Of a DNA stretch of 64,000 bases, positions 45,236 to 56,825 are shown piece by piece. The notes under the pieces were generated by a model, which was given only the letters and a program-made list of their open reading frames with translations, was not told the DNA's origin and did no database searches. Position 1 is the stretch's first letter. The number at the start of each line of letters is the position of its first letter. The translations under genes and the position numbers were made by a program. This stretch comes from Caecitellus pseudoparvulus (taxonomy: Eukaryota; Protista; Bigyra: Bicosoecida), in NCBI GenBank assembly GCA_965644315.1, contig CBFFRQ010000051.1, positions 66,341-130,340 on the forward strand, given 5' to 3'.

Positions 45236-47657
45236 ATGGCAACGGTAGGCGGCGTGAAGCGGCCGCCGCCCCCCTCTGCCGCTGACGGGGAAGAGGAGGG
45301 TGCCGGCGCTGCAGAGGGCAAACACGTGCTGGAATCTTCCAGTGATGAGGACAGCGACGCGGGGGTGCAGCCGCCTCCCAAGCGCAGTCGAGGAGAGGGC
45401 GACGTGCGTGCTGCCTGCGGAAACTGGCGCTGCCGAGGCCCACACGCCGCCACGCCTCACCTCGCCACAGGACGCGGGCGCCAGTGACAGCAGCGAAGCG
45501 GAGGAGGATGATGACGACGACGTCTTTGGCAGCGAGGACGAAGAGCTGTTCGACGATGACGAGGAGGAGGAGGAGGAGGGTGGGGGGGGTGGTGCTGCCA
45601 CCTCTGGCGTCGGCGGCACAGCGTTGGACGGCGGCGAGGACAGTGACTCGGACGACTCGCTGGCGTCAGTGGCCAGCTTCAAGGACGGCTTCGACTCTGA
45701 CTTCGTGGGGGGTGCGGAGGACCGGGCCAAGCTGGACGCCATGCCGACCTTCATGCGTGCTGCGGAAATTGAGGACCGGCGAGTGGCACGCGCACAAGGC
45801 CAGGCGCTGGTGGCTGCCCGGCGCGCGACCGTGACCCAGAAGCGGCGCGCACGGGGCCTGGCTGTCGGGGGCGACAGCAGCGGCGAGGAGGACGTCGTGG
45901 GCAGGCTGTCGCGGCGCCGGAGCAGTGCCGCGCGTCATGCAGCCGCTGCTGCCGCGGAGAGCTCTGGCTCGGAGGAGGAGGGTGAGTGGACGGCCCAGTC
46001 CAAGAAGAAGATCCGGTCCCGGCAGAACGCCGTGAAGCGGCGCAAACACAAGTTCAAGCAGCTGACAGAGGACTGGATGGAGGAGGGTGAGGAGGGTGAG
46101 GAGGAGGGGGGTGAAGGGGGGGCTTACCACAGCGCAGGCGGCGTGGACTCCGCTGAGGAGGAAGCCATTCGGCAGGAGCTGCGCGCGACGGCACATGAGG
46201 ATCTCTCGGATGACGAGCAGCAGCGGCGGCGTGGTGAGGCGGCGCGGGCGCGGGAACCGCTGCACGAAGGCGTGTTGGTGGCGCACGGTCTGCTGCGCCG
46301 TGCGTGGGTGGTGGAGCACTGCCAGTGGGACTTCTTCAAAACCGTCACGCCAGGCATGTTTGTGCGTGTGCGGGACCCCAAGGCCAGCTCCAGCTCGGGG
46401 TATGTCCTGGGCATTGTGCAGCGCGTGGTGGCGGGGCAGCGGGAGTACACTGTGAAGGATGCAGCTGGGCGGGCGTTTCAAATGCGGCGGCGGTTTGAAG
46501 TGGTCGTGCCAGAGGTGGGCCTCAGCCCCCGCCTGGTGAAGCTAGACACCATTTCCAACATGGACTTGCCTCCGAAATACGCCGGTGCCCCGGCACTGCA
46601 GCGGAATCAGGCCAGAGCACGCATGGTGCGCAGCGAGCTGAAAGCACTGCACGCGGCGGCAGAAGCGGCTGGACTGCCAATTCCCACTGCCTCGGAAGTC
46701 AGAGCGCGCCGAGAGGCCCTGGTCCAGGCGCAGAAGAGCCACTCTGCCAGTGCTGAGGAGGTGCAGCGCAGCGCACGGGCCGCACGCTTGGGTGCGGATT
46801 TGGCCACCGTGGAGAACTTGACAGACCTGCGGCAACACCTGCAAAACGACGCAGCCAAGCTGAGGGAAGTGCTGCAACGGGACCACGGCCTGACGTTCCC
46901 GCCCGGCACCATCATGCCGCTGCCTGCAGCACACCCCCTGCGTTCCGCCCGCACGCCAGAAGCACGCACTGCACTTCAGCTGCACGGCGAGCTCAGTCGG
47001 GTGGAGGGCAAGCTGGCCGCCGCAAACAGGGAGAAGGAACAACGCAAAGCGGTGGACCAGGCCGCTCGCAGCCACCACGCGCGCATTGCGCGGGCCAAGC
47101 AGCGGGAAATCCGTGAAGCGCAAGCTGCGTACAACAAGCAGCAGGCCCGCCTGAAACGCAGCAAGGAGTACCGGGAAGCCAGGGCGAAAGACCCCACAGT
47201 GCGGGTGGACACCGACCCAACACAGCTGTGGGACACGCGTGACAGCTCTGTCATGAAGGCTGAGCTGCAGCAGGCCAAAATCGCCGCTGCAGCGCCCAGC
47301 GGCGAAAAAACCGCCGACACGCCAGTTGCCGCAGCGTCGCCTGCCGCGGCGTCGGGCGACGCTCTGGGCCTCACAGACACAGGCGCCTCAGGCAGCGCAA
47401 CGAAGGCATCTTTTGCCCACGCAGCATCCACGGCCAGCCGTGTCCTGGCTCAAGGCGCCACGGCACGCACCGTGCCAGCGGCGCCTGCCACTGCAGCTGG
47501 CGCTTCCGCCCTGCAGACCCTGCTGGCCAAGCTGCCCGAGGCTGGTGTGCCGGCGGCAGCGGCAGCACCTGCCCAGACGCCAGCCTCGGGCAAGCCGCGC
47601 CTGAGCTTTGCCCAGTTCAAGGCGCGTCACAGCAAGGCAGCGGCCAACGCATCGTGA
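45236..47657 (+). CDS. RTF1: RTF1-like PAF1-complex subunit (Plus3 domain); intron about 45404-45470
   Basis: HMD-like segment DGFDSDFVGGAEDRAKLDAMPTFMRAAEIEDR and Plus3 segment LLRRAWVVEHCQWDFFKTVTPGMFVRV..LDTISN. Confidence 0.8.
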
Positions 47658-47761
47658 CCCGCGCAATACAACTTCAGCCACACTGAACGCCGCCCACGGC
47701 CGGAGGAAGGTGCCTTGCGTTGGTTACCGGGTTTCGTTGTCTGCCTTGATCCACGCCCGCC

Positions 47762-50157
47762 ATGCCAACAGTCGTCTTCGTCAATGGCGGCAAGCGCAGT
47801 GCCGTCACCGTCACGCCCATGCAGACGCTGGTGGGTCAACTGCCACTCCCAGCGCACGGCTGCCGCACAGCGTGACAGGCACCTTATCTAACGTGTTTTC
47901 CCTGCACAGCGCCAAGCCCTGGATGCGTTCTGTGAAGCCAAAGGGCTGGAGGTGCGTGGCCAAGTGGCATCGCCCAAAACGAAACGCCCGCCTAACGCCG
48001 CCTCCCCGCCACCGCCTGCAGCCCTCAGACTTCACCCTCGTCGATGGCGGCAAAGCTGTTGACATGCATAGTCCATATAGATTCCTTGGTTTGCATCGGA
48101 ATGCCACGCTGACTCTCAAGGGCCCGTCAGGTGCGCCTCGTCCACGCCTCACCCCGCCCAGGCATGCTCACACGCCGGTCGCCCAACACAGGTGCCACGC
48201 GTACACCCCGCGCCACCACGGCCCACGCCTCTGCTGCTCCTGCTGTGGGCTCTGGCGCTGGCGTCGCCCCTGCACTCGAGACTCCAGTGCGCGTGGCGGT
48301 GCAAGGCCCAGCAGGCCGCAGCACACTGAGCGTGCCCCCCTCCACCACCCTCGCTGACGTCTTGCGGCGCGCACTGCCAGACGCCGCCCTGGCTGGCATG
48401 ACCATCACACTCATGCGCAGAGCGCTGCAGCACAGCGACCTGGACAAGACCATGCTCGGTGCGTGGCGTGCGGAGAGTCCACAGCCCAAAGGCAACGCAC
48501 GCACAAACCCCACCCTGCCCCGCCACACGCAGAGCTGGGCGTCGGCTCAGGCGGTGCGCTGTTCCGAGTCACCACTTCAGCACCTGCGAGTCAGGCTCCC
48601 GCCGCATCCCCGCCCCAGCCCGCTCCCGCCACCACCACCCCGCCCACCACGGAAGGAGGTGCCAGCGAAAGCAAAGGCATCACGCAGGCCGCCCAGAGCC
48701 ACCCGACACCCCCCCTGGCCCCCTCTGCAGCAGAGGCTGTGGCCAGGGCAGCTGTTGAGGCCCTGCGCAGCGCCGCCTTTGACGAGGACAGCCTGGCAAC
48801 CCTCTCACTCGTGCTGCGCCTGTTGGACAATGTGCTGAAGGCGCCAGGCAGAGCCGAGCGCAGGGCAGTGCGCCTGGCCAACCCGAAAATCGCAAATTGC
48901 ATTGGAAAGTGGCCGCCGGCCGTCGCGTTGCTGCTTGCGGCGGGTTTCCTGCCCACGCGGGATGCGCCAGACTGCTCGGATGTGCTCGTGCGCACTGCCC
49001 CTGCCGAAACTCACGCAGTCCTGGCCCCCACTGTTCTGGCCACTGCTGCACGCTTGGAGCAGGCGGGAGACCCTCCACGCCTTGCCCTCCTTCCGTGGGC
49101 AGAGGACTCCGACGCTGTCGTGGCTGTGCGCTCCGTGGTGGCGCAAGAAATCTCCACCATGACCGGAACGCCTGCGCCGCCCCTCCCAGATGTGCGCGCA
49201 GCGGCAGCAGCCGCCGCACAGGCGCAGCAAGCAGCCTCCACCTTTGACATTTACTCGTCTTCGTCATTTTCCACGGCGCCGCAAGCTGCCAGCGTGCGCG
49301 CTGCCGCAGCAGGGCCCAGCCTCATGGAGCAGCGCCTGGCGAAACTGCAAGCGGCCGAGGCGGCAGCACGCGCTGCGCTGCCCTTCTCTGCCGCATCCCC
49401 GCCACCCCGTGACACACAAGCCATTCTCCCCTCCACTTTGCCTGGGTACAACCCTGGCAAGTTCCTCCCAGCGGACAAGCCAACGGGCATTCCCGTCGTC
49501 CCACCCACGCCCGGGCGGCAAGCGAAATCCGGCGTGTCAGACGGCGCGGCGGTGCTGGCCATCGCCAAAGCAAGAGCAGATGCAGCTGAAAAGGCCTCCC
49601 GCTTCAGCTCGCAGGCAGAGCGAGACGTGCAGGCCCTCCAGCGCAAAGTGCTGTACCCGAAAACCCTCCTGCGCGTGCAGCTGCCAGATCGCACCGTGTT
49701 GCAAGGCTGCTTTGCGCCAGATGAGCCCATCGCAGCGGTACTTGCCTGGCTGGGCGACTGCATGCAGGATGGCGTAGTGGACAAGGCGGGCATGGCAGTG
49801 TACATCTCGCCTCCCCGCCGCACCCTGCCTTCTACAGGCACCTTGGAGGCGGAAGGCCTCGTGCCCAGTGCGCTGCTGTACGCGAGCATACCGCCGCCAC
49901 ACACACCCTTTCGCGCTGAAGATGTGCTGCTGCCGTCTCTTCTCGGCAGTAGCCAGGCCACCCACACCCAAGTGCGGCAGGCTCTGGAGCAACACCGCCA
50001 CGCGGCCGCCAACCAGGCACAGACAGCGCAGGAAACCGCGCCAACGCCACAGCCTCCCCCACAATCGTCAGAGACCGCGAAATCGGCGCGTGAACTGCGC
50101 GAGGCCCGCCTGGAAGCCATGGCCCAGCGCATGCTGGGCGGCCGGCGGAAACTGTGA
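47762..50157 (+). CDS. TUG/ASPSCR1-like p97 cofactor (UBL-UBL-PUB-UBX), multi-exon
   Basis: Spliced N-terminal TUG-UBL1 (GKRSAVTVTPMQTL|RQALDAFCEAKGLE|PSDFTLVDGGKAVDMHSPYRFLGLHRNATLTL), PUB (LLDNVLKAPGRAERRAVRLANPKI..LLAAGF) and UBX (YPKTLLRVQLPDRTVLQGCF..GLVPSA). Confidence 0.8.
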
Positions 50158-50318
50158 GCAGCCACTTGCAACACTGGCCACAACACTGCAACGGCCCGTT
50201 TGAACTTGCCAGAGTTGCGAATGCATTCACGGGTTGTGTTTTGAGCTACAAGTATGCATTTGTGTCGTGTTCCATGTAGTGCTGCAGGGTTTGGGCGATC
50301 TTCCAGCTTGACTCCGCA

Positions 50319-51083
50319 TCACCGGCGAAGTCGACTCCACTTGTCGTCCTCCTCCGCTTTCGCCCCTGCTTCCTTCTTCAACGCATGCTGCGCCTGCCTG
50401 GAACCAAACTTGACAGCCCTCTCCAGCAGCTCGCGCGCCTTGTCAGCGTTGCGCTGCACGCCGAAACCTCGCTTGTAGAACTGTGCAAGCTTGAACGCAG
50501 CTGTTCCATTCTCCCCGTCCACGGCCATACGAATTAACTCGACTGCCTTCTGTGGGTCCCGCTTAACCCCCTTGCCTTCCGCATACAAACTTCCCAACAT
50601 GTGCAAGGCAAAGTTATCTTTTCCTGCCGCGGCCTCCTGGTAAAGTCGCGCAGCCTCAGCATAATCCTGATCCACACCCCTACCCATGGCGTACATCTGC
50701 CCCAAACTAGCAATGCCCCTGACGCAGCCTGCAGCAGCTGAGGCTTGATACAACCTCACTGCCTCGGTGTCATCACGGGGTATCTGCCTGCCCGTTTGGT
50801 ACCGCCTGCCGAGCTTGCACTGACCGTCCGGGTTGCCTTGCGCCGCCGATGCACGGTACCACCTCAACGCTTCCTCCTGATCCTCACCCACACCTTCCCC
50901 GTCACTGTACATCTTGCCAACACGCCACTGTGCCTCCGCATCGCCCGCCTCGGCGCCTGCCAAACACTCCTCAAACGACTTGCCCTCCCACACCGTCCCA
51001 CCTCCCTCACCACCTGCCACCTCACCAGCTTGCGGTGCTGCTGCACCTTGAGGAACTGCCGTCCCGCCTTCTTCGGCTGCCAT
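50319..51083 (-). CDS. Sel1-like repeat protein, copy A (5 repeats)
   Basis: 36-aa SLR units of the form LG.MY..G.GV..D...A..WY..AA..G. Confidence 0.9.
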   Translation of the reverse strand: MAAEEGGTAVPQGAAAPQAGEVAGGEGGGTVWEGKSFEECLAGAEAGDAEAQWRVGKMYSDGEGVGEDQEEALRWYRASAAQGNPDGQCKLGRRYQTGRQIPRDDTEAVRLYQASAAAGCVRGIASLGQMYAMGRGVDQDYAEAARLYQEAAAGKDNFALHMLGSLYAEGKGVKRDPQKAVELIRMAVDGENGTAAFKLAQFYKRGFGVQRNADKARELLERAVKFGSRQAQHALKKEAGAKAEEDDKWSRLRR

Positions 51084-51559
51084 CGCAACCTGCGCAACAC
51101 AAGCACCCACAACGTGCAAAGTAATGCACAGCACATCTCTGCTCTCCTTGTCCACACACTCGCTCCCCTGCCAACACGCGGTGAGTCGATCACCCGTGCA
51201 CACAAGCGCAAGTGCTTGCGCAACCACACTCCCTACACCACGCCTACGACGCGCACACCTCCCCTTACGACACACACAGCAATGCACGCCATCACCCTCA
51301 CACTACATACACAGCACGCCAGCTGCTGCCACGTCGCCTCGCGCTCACCCCCACTCACCTGGGTATGCTCGCTCTGCTTGGCTGCTGGCCACTTCGCTCG
51401 TGGCGGGTGAGCCAATGCTGCTGATGCTGGTTGCGTGACTGTTGCAAGGACGGTGAATTTGGCTGTGTTTGTGATATGGTTTGAGGCGCAGAGTATAACG
51501 TGCCCGGGTGTTGGAGGATCTGGCAAGGCCACCCTCACCTCCTTCGACAGAGGATCAAC

Positions 51560-52627
51560 TCACCGCCGAAGTCGACTCCACTTGTCGTCCTGCTCCAGCT
51601 CACCCTGCGCCTCCCGGGACCCAAGACTCGCAGCCCTCTCCAGCAGCTCACGAACCTTGCCGGCGTCGCGCGCCACACCCACACCTCGCTTGTACAAGCG
51701 TGATAGTCTAATCATTGCAGTGGTGTTGCCCTGGTCCACAGACCGCTGGTACCACTCCACAGCCTGGTGGGCATCCTGCTCCACGCCCTGTCCTCGTTCG
51801 TACATGCCCCCCAGCATGTGCTGGGCAAATCCGTATCCAGCCTCAGCCGCCTGCCGGAACCATCGTGCAGCCTCAGTGTAGTCCTGATCCACACCCTGAC
51901 CCTTCAGGTACGCCTTCCCCAAGCTTGTAAAGCCACTTGGATTCCCAGCATCCGCTTGAGCATGAAACAGCTCCATCGCCTTGTCAGGATTGTGCTCCAC
52001 TCCCCGACCTTCCAAGTACAGCTCCCCAAGCTTCAAAACAGCTGTTCCGTTGCCCTGCTCAATGGCCATCTGAATCAACTCCAGCGCTCGGCGGTAGTCT
52101 TGCTTGACACCTCGCCCGTCCGCATACATGCTCCCAAGCATGTGCTGGGCAAAGTCATTTCCACCCTCTACAGCGATGCGGTACAGCCGAGCTGCCTCGT
52201 CGTAGTCTTGAGCAACGCCTTGGCCCAAATCGTACATATTCCCAATGCTCCCGGTACCGCGAACACACCCCAAGGCCTCTGACTCCTTGAACAGGGCCAT
52301 GGCTCGATCGAAGTCGCGCTCCACACCTCTCCCAGTTTGATAGCCACGCCCGACGCCCCACTTGCCGACAGCGTTCCCCTGCTCGGCAGCCTTGGAGTAC
52401 CACTGAAACGCTTCACGTTCGTCCCTGGCGACACCTTCCCCGTCACTGTACATGTCACCCACCCGCCACTGTGCCTCCGCATCACCCGCCTCGGCGCCTG
52501 CCAAGCACTCCTCAAACGACTTGCCCTCCCACACAGTCCCACCTCCCTCACCACCTGCCACCCCTCCAGCTTGCGGTGCCACTGCGTCTTGAGGAACTGC
52601 CGTCCCGCCGCCTTCTTCGGCTGCCAT
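51560..52627 (-). CDS. Sel1-like repeat protein, copy B (8 repeats)
   Basis: Intact ORF with eight SLR units. Confidence 0.9.
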   Translation of the reverse strand: MAAEEGGGTAVPQDAVAPQAGGVAGGEGGGTVWEGKSFEECLAGAEAGDAEAQWRVGDMYSDGEGVARDEREAFQWYSKAAEQGNAVGKWGVGRGYQTGRGVERDFDRAMALFKESEALGCVRGTGSIGNMYDLGQGVAQDYDEAARLYRIAVEGGNDFAQHMLGSMYADGRGVKQDYRRALELIQMAIEQGNGTAVLKLGELYLEGRGVEHNPDKAMELFHAQADAGNPSGFTSLGKAYLKGQGVDQDYTEAARWFRQAAEAGYGFAQHMLGGMYERGQGVEQDAHQAVEWYQRSVDQGNTTAMIRLSRLYKRGVGVARDAGKVRELLERAASLGSREAQGELEQDDKWSRLRR

Positions 52628-53106
52628 CGCAACCTGCGCAACACAAGCACACACGCACATGCACGTCACTGCCTGCACACCTCTGCTCTGCCTGCCCACA
52701 CATTCGCCCCCGGCCACCACGCTGCACATTTACTCATACCCGCAAGCGCAAGTGCTTGCGCAACCACACCCCTACACCACGCCCACGACACACACACCTG
52801 CTCGCATGACACACAGCAGTGCACGCTACCATCTCACACTACATGCACAGCACACCAGCTGCACGTCAGCTGCTGCCAGGTCGCCTCGCGCTCAGCCGCA
52901 CTCACCTGGGTACACTGGCTGTGACTGGCTGCTGGCCACTTCGCTCGTGGCGAGTGTGCCAATGATATTGATGCTGGCTGCGTGACTGTTGCAAGGACGG
53001 TGAATTTGACTGTGTTTGTGATATGGTTTGAGGCGCAGAGTATAACGTGCCCGGGTGTTGGAGGATCTGGCAAGGCCACCCTCACCTCCTTCGACAGAGG
53101 ATCAAC

Positions 53107-54206
53107 TCACCGCCGAAGTCGACTCCACTTGTCGTCCTGCTCCAGCTCACCCTGCGCCTCCCGGGACCCAAGACTCGCAGCCCTCTCCAACAGCTCACGA
53201 ACCTTGCCGGCGTCGCGCGCCACACCCACACCTCGCTTGTACAAGCGTGATAGTCTAATCATTGCAGTGGTGTTGCCCTGGTCCACAGACCGCTGGTACC
53301 ACTCAACTGCCTGTTGAAAGTCCTGCTCCACGCCCTGTCCTCGTTCGTACATGCCCCCCAGCATGTGCTGGGCAAATTCATCTCCAGCCTCAGCCGCCTG
53401 CCGGAACAGCCGTGCAGCCTCGGTGTAGTCCTTGTCGACACCCCTTCCTTTCAGGTACGCCAGCCCCAAGTTCGTACAGCCACTTGGCATTTCCCAGCAT
53501 CCGCTTGCAGCATGAAACAGCTCCATCGCCTTGTCAGGATTGTGCTCCACTCCCCGACCTTCCAAGTACAGTCTCCCCAAGCTTCAAAACAGCTGTTCGC
53601 GTTGCCCTGCTCAACTGGCCATCTGAATCAACTCCAGCGCTCGGCGGTAGATCTTGCTTGACACCTCGCCCGTCCGCATACATGCTCCCAAGCATGTGCT
53701 GGGCAAAGTCATTTCCACCCTCTAGCAGCGATGCGGTACAGCCGAGCTGCCTCGTCGTAGTCTTGAGCCACACGCCTTGGCCCAAATCGTACATATTCCC
53801 AATGCTCCCGGTACCGCTGAACACAGCCCGCAAGGCCTCTGACTCCTTGAACAGGGCCATGGCCTCGATCGTAAGTCGCGCTCCACACCTGCTCACCAGT
53901 TTGATACCGCCACGCCCGACGCCCGCACTTGACCGACAGCGTTGCCCTGCTCGGCAGCCGATGCACGGTACCACCTGAAACGCTTCACGTTCTGATCCTC
54001 ATGGCGACACCTTCCCCGTCACTGTACATGTCACCCACCCGCCACTGTGCCTCCGCATCGCCCGCCTCGGCGCCTGCCAAGCACTCCTCAAACGACTTGC
54101 CCTCCCACACCGTCCCACCTCCCTCACCACCTGCCACCCCTCCAGCTTGTGGTGCTGCCACTGCGTCTTGAGGAACTGCCGTCCCGCCGCCTTCTTCGGC
54201 TGCCAT
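53107..54206 (-). pseudogene. Sel1-like repeat copy C, multiply frameshifted (pseudogene or consensus artefact)
   Basis: B-like sequence broken into 3-4 reading frames by many 1-2 nt insertions, with interspersed A/D-type patches. Confidence 0.7.
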
Positions 54207-54681
54207 CGCAACCTGCGCAACGCACGCACACACGCACATGCGAAAGCAATGCACAGCACGCCTTTGCTCCCCTTGCCCATGCATTCGCCCCCCTGCCACC
54301 ACGCTGCACGATTTACTCATACCCGCAAGCGCAAGTGCTTGCGCAACCACACTCCCTTCACCACGCCTACGACGCGCACACCTCCCCTTACGACACACAC
54401 AGCAATGCACGCCATCACCCTCACACTACATACACAGCACGCCAGCTGCTGCCAGGTCGCCTCGCGCTCAGCCGCACTCACCTGGGTATGCTCGCTCTGC
54501 TTGGCTGCTGGCCACTTCGCTCGTGGCGGGTGTGCCAATGCTGCTGATGCTGGTTTCGTGGCTGTGGCAAGGACACTGAATTTGACTGTGTTTGTGATAT
54601 GGTTTCAGGCACATGTATAACGTGCCCGGGTGTTGGAGGATCTGCCAAGGCCACCCTCGTCTCCTTCAACAGAGGATCAAC

Positions 54682-56100
54682 TCACCGCCGAAGTCGACTC
54701 CACTTGTCGTCGTCCTCCTCCGCCCCCCCTGCTTCCTGCTTCAGCTCATCCTGCGCCTGCTTTGAACCAAGATCTGCAGCCCTCTCCAGCAGCTCACGAA
54801 CCTTGCCAGCGTTGCGCGCCACACCCAAGCCTCGCTTGTACATGTGGGCCAGCCTGTAGATTGCAGTGGCGTTGCCCTGCTCCACCGATCGCTGGTACCA
54901 CTCTACTGCCTGTTGAAAGTCCTGCTCCACGCCCTGTCCTCGTTCGTACATGCCCCCCAGCATGTGCTGGGCAAATCCGTTCCCAGCCTCAGCCGCCTGC
55001 CGGAACAACCGTACAGCCTCAACATAGTCCTTGTCAACCCCATTGCCTGACAGGTACGCACGCCCCAATTCGGTCACCCCTAGCATGTTTCCAGCATCCG
55101 CTGCTGCTTGAAACAACTCCACCGCCCTGCCAGGGTCGTACATCTCACCTTCACCTTTCATGAGCAGTCTCCCGAGCTTCACCATCCCAGAGACGGTGCC
55201 CTGCTCAGCTGCTCGCTGGTACCACTTCACTGCTTTCCGAAGATCCTTCACAAGCCCACGCCCTTGCTCATATAGTTCCCCCAGCATCTGTTGGGCGAAA
55301 CCGTTCCCAGCCTCAGCCGCCTCCCCGAACTGCCGTGCAGCCTCAGTGTAGTCCTGTTCGACACCCTTGCCTGACAGGTACGCCTGCCCTAAGCTCGTCA
55401 TTCCTCGAAGGTTTCCATCTTTGGCTGCCGCCCGAAACAGCTCAACTGCCCTGGTAGGATCGTACATGGCACCTTGGGCGTGCATGAGCAGTCGCCCCAG
55501 CCTGACCATCGCAGTACTGTTCATCTGGCCAACTGCCCGTTGATGCCACTCTGCTGCTTGCTGCAAGTCCTTCTCCACGCCCTGCCCTTCCTCATACAGG
55601 CCCCCCAGCATATGCTGGGCAAAATCATCTCCAGCCTCAGCCGCCTGCCGGAACAACCGTGCAGCCTCAACATAGTCCTGATCCACACCCCTGCCCATGG
55701 CGTACATCTGCCCCAAACTAGCAATGCCCCTGACGCAGCCTGCAGCAGCCGAAGCTCGGAACAACCTCAGCGCCTCGGCGTCATCACGGGGTACCTGCTC
55801 GCCAGTCTGGTACCGCCTGCCCAGTTTGTACTGGCCGCTGGGGTTGCCTTGCGCCGCCGATGCACGGTACCACCTCAACGCTTCCTCCTGATCCTCATCC
55901 ACACCTTCCCCGTCACTGTACATCTTGCCAACACGCCACTGTGCCTCCGCATCACCCGCCTCGGCGCCTGCCAGGCACTCCTCAAACGACTTGCCCTCCC
56001 ACACCATCCCACCTCCCTCACCACCTGCCACCTCACCAGCTTGCGGTGCTGCCACTGCGTCTTGAGGAACTGCCGTCCCGCCGCCTTCTTCGGCTGCCAT
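54682..56100 (-). CDS. Sel1-like repeat protein, copy D (11 repeats); may start at ATG 56454 in the leader exon
   Basis: Intact ORF with eleven SLR units. Confidence 0.9.
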   Translation of the reverse strand: MAAEEGGGTAVPQDAVAAPQAGEVAGGEGGGMVWEGKSFEECLAGAEAGDAEAQWRVGKMYSDGEGVDEDQEEALRWYRASAAQGNPSGQYKLGRRYQTGEQVPRDDAEALRLFRASAAAGCVRGIASLGQMYAMGRGVDQDYVEAARLFRQAAEAGDDFAQHMLGGLYEEGQGVEKDLQQAAEWHQRAVGQMNSTAMVRLGRLLMHAQGAMYDPTRAVELFRAAAKDGNLRGMTSLGQAYLSGKGVEQDYTEAARQFGEAAEAGNGFAQQMLGELYEQGRGLVKDLRKAVKWYQRAAEQGTVSGMVKLGRLLMKGEGEMYDPGRAVELFQAAADAGNMLGVTELGRAYLSGNGVDKDYVEAVRLFRQAAEAGNGFAQHMLGGMYERGQGVEQDFQQAVEWYQRSVEQGNATAIYRLAHMYKRGLGVARNAGKVRELLERAADLGSKQAQDELKQEAGGAEEDDDKWSRLRR

Positions 56101-56825
56101 CGCAACCTGCGCAACGCACGCACACACGCACATGCGAAACAATGCACAGCACGCCTTTGCTCCCCTTGCCCATGCATTCGCCCCCCTGCCACCACGCTGC
56201 ACGATCACCCATGCACAAGCGCAAGTGCTTGCTCAACCACACCCCTACACCACGCCTACGACGCGCACACCTCCCCTCACGACACACACAGCAATGCACG
56301 CCATCACCCCCACACTACATACACAGCACGCCAGCTGCTGCCACGTCGCCTCGCGCTCACCCCCACTCACCTGGGTACGCTGGGTCTGCTTGGCTGCTGG
56401 CCACTTCGCTCGTGGCGAGTGTGCCAGTGCTGGTGATGCTGGTTGTGTGAACATGATTGAGACTCTGACTATGTTTGTGATTGGATTTGAGACAGTGTGC
56501 ACTGTGTGACGGGGTGTCAGTTGGCGTTTCTCATAAACACAACCACTTGCAACTAGGCCAGGCACCCCCCCCCCGACGAGGCAGACCCCCCCCCCAAGTC
56601 CAAGGACACGCCCACGCGGGAATGCGACGGCAAGACACTTTCAGACTCTTGACGTTGTACTGTGCAGGCCTGCCTTGCACCTTTCGCTGCCTGTCGCTTG
56701 CGTTGTGCCGAGCTTTGTGCTTCGGAACACGCACGCCAGTAGCCGGCTACTTCCGCCGAGCTCACTCCGCGCATCGCACCTCGCGAGCGCTCTGTCGTGG
56801 TTCAGCCCACCTCAGTCCGTCCAAC

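Larger units (their letters stand above)
50319..56454 (-). repeat. Tandem array of four Sel1-repeat gene copies; stop-to-stop spacing about 1.24-1.58 kb
   Basis: Near-identical N-caps (MAAEEGG..WEGKSFEECLAGAEAGDAEAQWRVG), C-caps (DDKWSRLRR*), leader exons and TG-rich leader introns recur four times. Confidence 0.95.

Noticed and set aside
56563-56596. C/G homopolymer runs (also 5509-5519 and 40257-40266) as G-quadruplex elements
   Set aside because: Common in this base composition and prone to sequencing error, with no specific support.
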